Source: Malacoraja senta
Lineage: Eukaryota
Length of the DNA: 64,000 nucleotides
Direction of reading: 5' to 3'
NCBI GenBank assembly: GCA_038087875.1
Contig: CM075991.1
Location: 11,472,001-11,536,000 of the forward strand
The notes below the pieces were generated by a model. The model did no database searches, had not been told where the DNA came from, and was given only the letters and a program-made list of their open reading frames with translations. The position numbers and the translations under genes are program-made. Positions 36,593 to 47,600 of the stretch are shown one piece after another. Numbering within the stretch: position 1 is the stretch's first letter; every line of letters starts with the position of its first letter.

Positions 36593-39478
36593 TGTAAAGA
36601 AGTTCCAACGACACACTGTTACTTTACTATCTTTATTCATACTGGAGCATTACACATTGCACTAGCTGTACGTGGTCTGTCACAGGAACTAGAGAGCGAT
36701 CTGTGGGTGGGGAGGTTGTAGTTATACTTGTGATATGGGGAGTGGTTAGTAGTGATGAGGTCACTATATTAAAGGCACATGCATATATCATCTACATCCT
36801 TCCCCTTGGAAACGACAGGCAAATACCATAGTGACAGGTCGACCACGGCTCATGCGCTGGGACGGTTAAACAAAATCGCCATAGCGGACAGGCGGTTTGA
36901 CAACACGTCCCGACCGGGTTCGCATCTCGCCACCCTCCCTTCCGGCAGGAAGAAGAGGCACCGATGGGGGCAGACGAACCGGAAAGGGGGAAACGGGAGG
37001 AGACGGAGGAGACCGCGGCACCAAAACCGGAGGTGATGCGGGATCAGGAGCGGGCAGAGCGCGGGCAGGCGAGCGAGGACTAGCCGGAGTAGGGTGGGAC
37101 GGAAGGAGTTGAGGTGGTGTAGACCGTTGCATGTTAGGAAGGACGGGCAGAGCATCGCCCGGACGCGGAAACTGCAGTGGGGGAGCAAAGGGATCCGCGG
37201 CAGGAGGACGCGGCTCGTTGACGAGCCGAAGGTGCTGGCGGGACCGTCGGTAAATGGTTCCCGCATGGTCGACGAGATAAGACCTGGGCGATCCCGCAGA
37301 GCCGACGACGGTAGCGAGCTTGGAGTGACCGGAAGGGGTCTGCATGCGGACAACTTGACCGGGGAAGAGGCACGGCAGTGGGTGGCAGGACCTGTCATGG
37401 GAACGCTTCTGGACATCGTGCCTGAAGGCAATGCGTTTCTGAACAGCAGCAGGCGTGAGGACAGACGGTATGAGGGAGCGCTGGGCCACAGGGAGCGGGA
37501 GTCTGGTAGCGCGAGACATGAGCCGCTGAGCAGGGGAGCCCATGGCAGAGTCGCGGGAGATGTTGCGGAGGTTGAGGAGGGCCAGATAGAAATCGGAGTT
37601 GGATAAACGACATTGTTCCAGCAGGTTCTTTGCACTGCGGACGGCGCGCTCGGCCAAACCGTTGCTTTGCGGGTACTCCGGGCTGCTGGTGAAATGGTGG
37701 AAATTCCATCTGGAAGCGAGAGCTTTAAACTCGGAGCTCGTGAACTGGCTGCCATTGTCCGACTGCAGGCTTGCCGGGGGGCCAAAAGTGCAAAAATGAT
37801 GGCATAACGTGTCGATGACGGCCGAAGAGGTTAGGGAATGCAGCCGGTCGACCTCGAACCAGCTGGAGTAGGGGTCAACGACAACCAGGAAGTGTTTGCC
37901 CCGCCACTCGAAAATGTCGACGGCATCTGCCATCCAGGGCAGTTCGGGCGCGGGCTGCTGCAGAAGCGGCTGGCGCTGCTGGTGGGGGGCGAGACTGTTG
38001 CAGGTGGAACACGAGGAGACCCTCTCCCGGATGTATTGGGCCATACCAGGCCAGTAGAACTGGCTCCGGGCGAGAGACACGGTGGCTTCGGCCCCAGGAT
38101 GTCCGCGGTGAGCGACCTGAAAATAGTGGTCGTGCAGCGCAGCGGGCACGACCACCTTGTGACCCTTCACCACCATGCCGTCGTGTAGTACGAGCTCATC
38201 ACGGACCAGGAAGTAGGGCACGGCGCCAGCCGGCAACGCGGAACGACGGTCGGGCCAGCCCCGCTGGATGAAGGCAGAAAGCTGTTGCAGGGCAGGGTCA
38301 TTGGCAGTGTGTTCAACCAGGGACTTCATCTGCTGTGAAGGGACGATGTTCACTTGGAGCACCATCAGATCAGACATCTCATAGGGGTGGCGATCGGTGG
38401 ACGTTAGCGGGGCGCGAGACAACGTGTCGGCCACGAACATGTCCTTGCCCTTACGATAAACCACGTTGAACGTGAAGCGCTGGAGCTGCAGCATCATGCG
38501 CTGCAGGCGTGATGAGGCAACATGGATCGACTTGTTGAGAATGGTGACAAGCGGCTGGTGGTCAGTTTCAATGGTGAAAGTGTTGCCCAGGACGTAGTCT
38601 TTGAATTTGGAGCAGGCAAACACCACGGCCAGTAGCTCCTTCTCGATCTGCGCGTAGTGCTGTTCGGTGGCGGTCATGGTGCGGGATGCGTAGGAGACAG
38701 GCAGCTGTAGGCCGTCATGGACCTGGAGACAGGCGGCACTGAGTCCGAACTGAGAGGCGTCGCAGGTGAGGACAATGGGACGCTGCAGGTCAAAAAACTT
38801 GAGTGTGGGGGTGCTGATTAGCTTGGATTTAAGGATGTCGAAGGCTTTCTGGTGGTGGGGGAACCAAACCCAGGACGTGTCCTTTTTTATCAAATCCCTC
38901 AGGGGAGCGCTGAGGTCGGGGATGAACTTCCCCAGGTAGTTCACCATGCCCAGGAAGCGTTGTAGGCCTGCCACATCAGTAGGAGAAGGCATCCCGGAAA
39001 TGGCAGACGTTTTTTGCGGGTCGGGTTTCAGCCCCTCGGCGGTGAATACATGTCCAACATAGGTGACCTCCGGGACGCGAAATCGGCACTTCTTGGGGTT
39101 CAGTTTCAAGTTGATTTTCCGGTCCCGGTCCAGGACCTGGCGGAGGTTGAAGTCGTGTTCGGCGATGTCCTTACCGTAAACGAGGAAATGAGAAGGTTGG
39201 GGAAACAAAAAACTGGGACAAAATTAAATGATAAACCGATAGACAGGAGGCGCAAGGTAAGAGGTATGACACCATGTAAAGAAGTTCTAACGACACATCA
39301 TTACTTTACTATCTTTATTCATACTGGAGCGTTACATATTGCACTAGCTGTACGTGGTCTGTCTCAGGAACTAGAGAGCGATCTGTGGGTGGGGAGGTTG
39401 TAGTTATACTTGTGATATGGGGAGTGGTTAGTAGTGATGAGGTCACTATATTAAAGGCACATGCATATATCATCTACA
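36593..39478 (-). mobile_element. Gypsy/Ty3 LTR retrotransposon, internally deleted
   Basis: 204-bp TG...CA LTRs at 36593-36796 and 39275-39478 with 5-bp TSD ATCTC. PBS-like TGGTGTCA next to the 5' LTR and PPT AAGGGGAAGGA before the 3' LTR. Confidence 0.95.
36866..39208 (-). CDS. Truncated Gypsy pol ORF (RT C-terminal half, RNase H, integrase), 780 aa open
   Basis: FLGMVNYL; RNase H CDAS...YAQIEKELLA...ETDHQPL; integrase HHCC (HRGH...CSTC) and DDE (AVDIF, SDNG, AERAV). Domain order RT-RH-IN indicates Gypsy. Confidence 0.9.
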   Translation of the reverse strand: MFPQPSHFLVYGKDIAEHDFNLRQVLDRDRKINLKLNPKKCRFRVPEVTYVGHVFTAEGLKPDPQKTSAISGMPSPTDVAGLQRFLGMVNYLGKFIPDLSAPLRDLIKKDTSWVWFPHHQKAFDILKSKLISTPTLKFFDLQRPIVLTCDASQFGLSAACLQVHDGLQLPVSYASRTMTATEQHYAQIEKELLAVVFACSKFKDYVLGNTFTIETDHQPLVTILNKSIHVASSRLQRMMLQLQRFTFNVVYRKGKDMFVADTLSRAPLTSTDRHPYEMSDLMVLQVNIVPSQQMKSLVEHTANDPALQQLSAFIQRGWPDRRSALPAGAVPYFLVRDELVLHDGMVVKGHKVVVPAALHDHYFQVAHRGHPGAEATVSLARSQFYWPGMAQYIRERVSSCSTCNSLAPHQQRQPLLQQPAPELPWMADAVDIFEWRGKHFLVVVDPYSSWFEVDRLHSLTSSAVIDTLCHHFCTFGPPASLQSDNGSQFTSSEFKALASRWNFHHFTSSPEYPQSNGLAERAVRSAKNLLEQCRLSNSDFYLALLNLRNISRDSAMGSPAQRLMSRATRLPLPVAQRSLIPSVLTPAAVQKRIAFRHDVQKRSHDRSCHPLPCLFPGQVVRMQTPSGHSKLATVVGSAGSPRSYLVDHAGTIYRRSRQHLRLVNEPRPPAADPFAPPLQFPRPGDALPVLPNMQRSTPPQLLPSHPTPASPRSPARALPAPDPASPPVLVPRSPPSPPVSPFPVRLPPSVPLLPAGREGGEMRTRSGRVVKPPVRYGDFV

Positions 39479-42134
39479 ATCTCCTACAAGGCGACATCAG
39501 GAGGCAGCTCAATTGTCAGGGAAGCATCACTCCCTGATGAGCTCAATGCGTTTTACGCACGCTTTGATAGGGAGAACACCGATGTGCCTTCCCGAGCCCC
39601 CATTCGCCGTGATGGTATTTCAGTCTCAGTCACAGAGGCCAAACATCAGAAGATCCTTCAGGGGGGTGAACCCTCGGAAAGCGCCTGGACCTGATGGTAT
39701 ACCTGGTCGTGTTCTAAAAACCTGTGCGGACCAACTGGCTGGGGTTTTTACCGACATTTTCAACCTCTCACTTCTGAGGTCTGAGGTTCCCACTGCTTCA
39801 AAAGGGCATCAATTATACCGGTGCCCAAGAAGAGCAAGGTGACGTGTCTCAATGACTATTGACCTGTGGCACTAACGTCTGTGGTGATGAAGTGCTTTGA
39901 GAGGTTGATCATGACGCAGATCAACTCCTACCTCGACAAAAACCTGGACCCACTGCAGTTCGCTTACCGCCACAACAGATCAACGGTGGATGCGATCTCG
40001 CTGGCCCTCCAATCCGCTCTGGACCACTTGGACAACAAAAACTCATATGTCAGGCTGTTATTCATCGACTACAGCTCGGCGTTTAATACAATCATCCCCT
40101 CCAAGCTGGTTACCAAGCTCTCAGTTCTGGGTCTCTGCGCATCCCTCTGCAATTGGATCCTCGACTTCCTCATCCGCAGGCCACAGTCTGTCCGTATTGG
40201 TGGAAATGTGTCATCCTCGATAACAATCCGCACGGGAGCACCTCAAGGCTGCGTGCTCAGCCCCCTGCTGTACTCACTCTATACTCATGACTGCGTAGCC
40301 GGGCATAGTGCAAACTCCATCATCAAGTTCGCCGACGACACAACTGTTGTGGGACATATCACTGAAGATTCAAAGGTTCAAAGGTTCTTTATTAGTCACC
40401 TACACTAATTGGTGTTGTGAAATGCAGATTGCCATTGCAACACATAAAAAAACAAATACAACATAACAGTAATAAAGACATTTAAACATAAAAAACATCC
40501 CCCACAATGGTTCCCATTATGAGGGAAGGCACAGAGTCCAGTCCCCATCCCCATGTCCACCCATAGTCGGGCTATTGAGGCCCGATGTTCTAGAATGTTC
40601 TCGCCAGATGATATAAATGTATGTATAACAGCAAGAATTATAATCTGATTCCCATTCATGAATATACTAAGGTCATTCATGTGCTGCACCTGTTGATCAG
40701 AGCCTGGCTCTACAGTGGAATGTAATTAGGAATGTAATCTAGCCTAACCCTATTCATACCTAATCCAATTTGAAGCGTAAATGTTGCATTCAAGTGTGTT
40801 AAAAGACTCGCCACAGCATGCACCAGATGGCACAATTTTAAGCTGAAAAATTCAAAAAGCTCCCTACAGTGGGAGAGGGGACACCCCCCTCCCACACGCT
40901 AATCCCCCCACCCCCCCCTCGGTCGCTAGGCTCCCTCGGGCTTGGTCACTGCACTCTCTCGCAGTTCACTCTCAACTCTCACCCAATGTTGGCAGCCCTG
41001 GATATAGCTCTTGGTGCTAAAGTAATCGGGGGATATGGGGGAAAAAGCAGGGTTCTGATTTTGGATGATCAGCCATGATCATATTGAATGGCGGTGCTGA
41101 CTCAAAGGGCCGAATGGCCTACTCCTGCACCTATTGTGTATGTTTCTATGTTTCTGTGCACAGGTAAATGTAGTTCTACTTTAATAGCAAGAGCCTTAAC
41201 AGCATTTATATACAGATTGATCCTGGGGTCTAGGTCTGTTGCTCTTTGAAAATGGCAACAGATAGACAGAATGGTAAAGGCAGCATATGGTACGCTTGCT
41301 TTCATAGTTCACCCATTGAGTTTAACAGTAGGAAGTCTTTATACTGTGCAGCTTAATACTGTGTGGGAAGGAACTGCAGATGCTGGTTTAAACCCAAGGT
41401 AGACACAAAATGCTGGAGTAACTCAGCAGGACAGGCAGCAGCTCTGGAGAGAAGGAACGGGCGTCAGACTGAAGAAGGGTCTCGACAGGTAACGTCACCC
41501 ATTCCTTCTCTCCAGAGATGCTGCCTGTCCCGCTGAGTTACTCCAGCATCTTGTGTCTACCTGGCTGAGGTGAATATTTATCTTGCTTCATGTTAAAAGC
41601 AGCTGAGATCATCAGGGGAATAAGGGCATCCATCAGAGGATGTGGTAGCAGGATGCAATTAGCTAATTGTATAAAGTGGAATGTAGTTTGTGCAGAACTT
41701 TAACCTCATTTAGATCAGATACATGTGGAGCAGATAACAGGCCATCTTGTAGAAATCAACGGGCTTGCATACGTTCTCCAGATCAGTTCAGTTTATTGTC
41801 GTGTGTCCCAGATAGGACAATGAAATTCTTGCTTGCTGCTGCACAACAGAATATTGTAAACATAAATATAGAACAGTTCAGTTCAATATACACATAAATA
41901 GACAGATAACGTGCAATAGGCTGTTACAGTTCAGAGTCTGTTTGTTGGTGAGTTTAATAGCCTGATGGCTGTGGGGAAGTAGCTATTCCTGAACCTGGAT
42001 GTTGCAGATTTCAGGCTCCTGTACCTTCTGCCTGAAGGTAGCGGGGAGATGAGTGCGTGGAAAGGATGGTGTGGGTCCTTGATGATGCTGCCTGCCTTTT
42101 TGAGGCAGCGACTGCGATAGATCCCCTCGATGGT

Positions 42135-42680
42135 GTATCAGTGTGTGTGTGTGTGAGGGTGTGTGTGAGGGTGTGTCAGTATGTGTGAGAGTGTGTGTCA
42201 GTGTTTATGAGAGTGTGTATCAGTGTGTGAGTGTGTATCAGTGTGTTAGAGTGTGTGTGAGAGTATATGTGCGAGGGTGTGTCAGTGTGTGTGTAAGTGT
42301 TTGTGAGAGTGTGTGTGAGGGTGTGTGTGAGAATATATATGTGAGGGTGTGTGTGAGATTGTGTGTGAGGGTGTGTGTGAGGGTGTGTGTGAGGGTGTGT
42401 CAGTATGTGTGAGAGTGTGTGTCAGTGTTTATGAGAGTGTGTATCAGTGTGTGAGAGTGTGTGTGAGAGTATATGTGCGAGGGTGTGTCGGTGTGTGTGA
42501 GAGTGTGTGTGAGGGTGTGTGTGAGGGTGTGTGTGAGGGTGTGTGTGAGGGTGCGTGAGTGTGTGTGTAAGTGTTTGCGAGAGTGTGTGTGAGAATATGT
42601 GTGTGAGGGTGTGTGTGAGAGAGTGTGTGCCAGGGTGTGTATCAGTGTGTGTGTCAGGTTGTGTGTGAGAGTGTGTGTCA
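42135..42680. repeat. (TG)/(GTGTGTGAGG)-type low-complexity repeat
   Basis: Seen directly in the sequence. Confidence 0.9.
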
Positions 42681-44079
42681 GTGAAGTGTCGACAATACCC
42701 GGAGTGAGTGGGCATTTGAGGACTTTGTGATGTCTGGGGAGCGTTTTCCTCTCCCCCCCCCCCGTCTCTCCCCCCCCCCCCCGTCTCTCCCCCCTCCCCC
42801 CGTCTCTCCCCCCTCCCCCCCCCCTGGGAATGTGGGCCCGCCCAGGTGCTCTGTGTCCAGCTAGGGTCCGGGGGAGGTGAGGGTCAGTGACCCGGGGGTC
42901 GGGCATCGGAGCGGAGCCTTAGCCCAAGATTCATCCCCGCGGCTCTGGAGGTGGCACCGACGCCCCCACTCACCCGGTCCGCTCCTCGCTCCTGGCTCCG
43001 GGCCGGGGTGAAAACTCCGTGGGATGTGGACAGAGTGGCCGGCGGGCACTGGAGGTGAGTTGAGGGTGGGAGGTGTGAGCGGTGCCTCAGGGGTCGGTGC
43101 TGGGACCACCGCCATGTCTCACCTCTCACACCAATCTGCACGGGAATGTGTGGTTTAGTTGAGAGTCTAATCATCCCGCGGGCCGGATTGGACCCTTCGT
43201 GGGCCGGTAGTTTGACAGCCCTGCTTTAAACCAATGCCTTGAATCACATATCCCGGGAAAAAGACTATACATTCACCTTATATATTCCCCTCGTGGTTTT
43301 TATTCACCTCTAGAACAACTTTTGCTTTATTTAGAATCCGTGACTATTATTATTATTATTTAAAAAAAAAAAATTTGAGCGTGAGAAATTCTGTGATCAG
43401 CGTGAGAGCGTGAGAATTTCATGAAATGCGTGATTCTCACGCTCAATGCGTGAAAGTTAGCAGCCCTGTTATGTCTAACTCTCACTTGAAAACATCCAGT
43501 GAATTGCCCTCGACTGCCTTCTGTGGCAGAGAATTCCACAGATTCACAACTCTCTGGCTGAAAAAGTCTTTCCTCATCTCAGTCCTAAATGGCCTACCCC
43601 TTATTCTTAAACTGTGTGACCCCTGGTTCAGGACTCCCCCAACACCGGGAACATTTTTCCTGCGCCTGGAAAATATTCCATCAAATGCCTAACATGCCAT
43701 TTTGAGACGAGGGAGTCAGGAGGCAGGAAAATTTGTCAGAAGATTCTAAATATATGCAAGTTATGTTGTCACATGTAGCCCAAGCTTAGCCGCTAACTCA
43801 AGATTCCTGTTAAAGAAGGAACTGCAGATGCTGGAAAATCGAAGGTAGACAAAAATGCTGGAGAAACTCAGTGGGTGCAGCAGCATCTATGGAGCGAAGG
43901 AAATAGGCAACGTTTCGGGCCGAAACGTTGCCTATTTCCTTCGCTCCATAGATGCTGCTGCACCCGCTGAGTTTCTCCAGCAACTCAAGATTCCTTTCAA
44001 CCTGCAGGGCATATTGCTACCACCAGATGGTGCACTTACACAGTGAACCACAACACAAGTAGTCGAATAGTCATTCTTA

Positions 44080-44678
44080 GGAGCAAAGAGGACCTTCTGC
44101 AGTTGTACAGAGCCCTAGTGAGACCACACCTGGAATATTGTGTGCAGTTTTGGTCCCCTAATTTGAGGAAGGACATTCTTGCTATTGAGGGAGCCCAGCG
44201 TAGGTTCACCAGGTTAATTCCCGGGATGGCGGGACTGTCATATGCTGAGAGAATGGAGCGGCTGGGCTTGTACACTCTGGAGTTTAGAAGGATGAGAGGG
44301 CATCTCATTGAAACATATAACATTGTTAAGGGTTTGTACACGCTAGAGGCAGGAAACATGTTCCCGATGTTGGGGGAGTCCAGAACCAGGGGCCACAGTT
44401 TAAGAATAAGGGGTAAGCCATTTAGAACGGAGACGAGGAAACAGAGAGTTGTGAGTCTGTGGAATTTTCTGCCTCAGAGGGCAGTGGAGGCAGGTTCTCT
44501 GGATACTTTCAAGAGAGAGCTAGATAGGGCTCTTAAAGATAGCAGAGTCAGGGGATATGGGGAGAAGGCAGGAACGGGGTACTGATTGGGGATGATCAGC
44601 CATGATCACATTGAATGGCGGTGCTGGCTCGAAGGCCCAAATGGCCTACTCCTGCACCTATTGTCTATTGTCTATTGT
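44080..44678 (+). mobile_element. CR1 LINE 3' fragment
   Basis: LLQLYRALVRPHLEYCVQFWSP...GYGEKAGTGY* with a (TATTGTC)n tail. Confidence 0.9.
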
Positions 44679-47600
44679 AATATTTTAACCTTATATCCAG
44701 ATTTACTTTGCTATTTTGTTTACTGTTAATATTATTTTACAATATGTGTTTATTACTGAGAATGGCTGGTTTGAGCAGCATTGATTCTGTGGGTCCATAT
44801 AATGAATGCTGTGATTCTGAAATATTTGTGCCAGCCCAAAATGTTGACTTTCTATTTCCCTCCACAGATGCTGCCTGATGTGCCGAGTTCCTCCAGCACT
44901 TTGAGGTCTGCTTAAGATCCCAGCATCTATCTCTAGTTCCTTCTGGCTCATCTGAACTGTTGGCTTCCTCCACCGCCGCTTCCACCCACAAGGTGGCGAG
45001 GTTGTTGCTCCAATCTTCTGGCAATGCTCCTGCAGCTAAGGTCGACCACAACTTTTCTGCCAGTTTTTTATCAATTGAAATATTTGTCCACTGTGGCTGC
45101 GAATCTGCGAAATTTCAAGTCTTGATTCGTGACAATGTCCCTGCTTATCGCTGAAAACCCCTCCGGTGTTTTTCTGACCTCATTCGGGCTCTTTAGACAC
45201 TATTGAGACACTACAGTCTGGAATTCTTGTGTGGGAAGGAACTGCAGATGCTGCTTTACACCAAAGATAGACACAAAATGCTGGAGCAACTCAGCGGGAC
45301 AGGCAGCATCTCTGGAGAGAAGGAACGGGCGACGTTTCGGGTCGAGTCCCATCTTTCCTGATCATCTGTGCCTTTTCCAGACAGTTCCAGACATTATTTG
45401 ACGGCATTCCCTGGAGCTGTAGGAATCATTTGTTGCAATAATGGCAACATGGACTAGGCAACATTTTTGGAACAGTGTAATGCCTAAATAGAACACAGAC
45501 TAGTCAAATGGTTGAACCTCGCAGCATTGCATGTTTAATGCAACCTCACATGTTTAATCGATAATGTTTTATTAATAGGTACACAAAATTGCTGGAGAAA
45601 CTCAGCGGGTGCAGCAGCATCTATGGAGCGAAGGAAATAGGCAACGTTTCGGGCCGAAACCCTTCTTCAGACTGACAAATGATTCCTACAGCTTCAGGGG
45701 ATGCCATCAAGTAATGTCTGGAACTGTCTGGAAAAGGCACAGATGATCAGATGACTCGACCCGAAACGTTGCCCGTTCCTTCTCTCCAGAGATGCTGCCT
45801 GTCCCGCTGAGTTACTCCAGCATTTTGTGTCTATCTTTGGTGTAAAGCAGCATCTGCAGTTCCTTCCCACATAAGAATTCCAGACTGTAGTGCCTCAATA
45901 GCTAAAGAGCGCGAATGAGGTCAGAAAAACACTGGAGGGGTTTTCAGCGAAAAGGAGGGACATTGTCACGAAGCAAGATTAATGTTTTATTATTAATGTT
46001 TAACGTTTTGTGTCATTCCTGACTGTCACTGGATGTCATGTTGTCACTTGTGGGCGGAGCACCAAGGCAAATTCCTTGTATGTGAATACTTGGCCAATAA
46101 ACTTATTCATTCATTCGTTGGCAAAGAGACAACATGGAGTAGGATTTTGCCCATTGTCACCCCTTCATTTCAGTCCAGCAGCTTCTTGTGTAGACAGTGA
46201 CTGAGTTGCTTTGTTTGTCAGTGGCCCACACCTCCATAACCCCATGGGGCCTTAACCCCACACCTTCCCCAGTTGGGCATTAGTCCAGAAATCGAGGAAA
46301 AGGAAGATGAGCAGACTTCAAGATAGCCCGAAAAATGCTGGCGTAACTCAGCGGGACAGGCAGCATCTCTGGAGAGAAGGAATGGTTGACGTTTCGGGTC
46401 AGGACCCTTCTTCAAACCTGAAACCGTCACCCATTCCTTCTCTCCAGAGATGCTGCCCGTCGCGCTGAGTGACTCCGGCATTGTGTGTCTATCTCCGGCT
46501 TAAACCAACATCTGCCGTTCCTTCCTGCACAGAGAAGACTTCAATCTCTGTAACTCTTTACAGATCTAAGGATTTTCCGAAGCTCTCCAGTGGCAGTGAG
46601 GTGGACATTGGAGTGGAAAAATAATGGATTGGATTTAGGTAGACATAAAATGCTGGAGTAACTCAGCGGGTGAGGCAGCATCTACAGAGTGAAGGAATAA
46701 GGTGACGTTTCAGGTCTGCTCTGGGCAAGGGACTCTGTGCATCTACCTGATCTATTCCTCTCATGATTCCCCCTAGGTATCCTCTTGTTTTTAGTGCTAG
46801 TGTATTCCCATCTTGGCCAGGACCCTCTCTGATGAGATGTAGATAATCCGGTGGTCTCCCCCAACCTCCAATGATCAGGGCAAAGGACTAGGATCTGAAG
46901 AGCAGCACCCCATCAAAGCAGGGGTGGAAGTTGCAACCTTTCACGGCCGGGAAGGTGGGTGTAGGAATGAACTGCAGATGCAGGTTTAAACTGAAGATAG
47001 ACAAAAAGTGCTGGAGTAACTCAGCGGGACAGGCAGCGTCTCTGGAGAGAAGGAATGGGTGACGTTTCGGGTCGAGGCTGGTCTGAAGAATGGTCTCGAC
47101 CCGAAACGTCACCCATTCCTTCTCTCCAGAGATGCTGCCTGTCCCGCTGAGTTACTCCAGCATTTTGTGTCTGTCTTCTGGAGGAGGCTGTTGTTAGGAA
47201 TGTGTCGCCATGGATAGTTTGGGCCAGATCAAGACCTGATGGAATTGTGTAAAAATTCTGGCAGTGGCCAACAAATTGAACAATGTAGGTGTGAAGAAGG
47301 GTTTCAATAGACAATAGACAATAGACAATAGACAATAGACAATAGGTGCAGGAGTAGGCCATTTGGCCCTTCGAGCCAGCACCGCCATTCAATGTGATCA
47401 TGGCTGATCATCCCCAATCAGTACCCCGTTCCTGCCTTCTCCCCATACCCCCTGACTCCGCTATCTTTAAGAGCCCTATCTAGCTCTCTCTTGAAAGCAT
47501 CCAGAGAACCTGCCTCCACCGCCCTCTGAGGCAGAGAATTCCACAGACTCACCACTCTGTGAGAAAAAGTGTTTCCTCGTCTCCGTTCTAAATGGCTTCC

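Larger units (their letters stand above)
36300..40365 (+). mobile_element. Rex1/Babar LINE fragment interrupted by a Gypsy element
   Basis: RT motifs [34 protein letters not shown] and [12 protein letters not shown] (39866-40365). The upstream part (36300-36592) is continuous across the LTR insertion. Confidence 0.88.

Noticed and set aside
44940..45120. Protein-like minus-strand reading (KLWSTLAAGALPEDWSNNLATLWVEAAVEE)
   Set aside because: Upstream in-frame stops, no recognisable family and no convincing splice sites.
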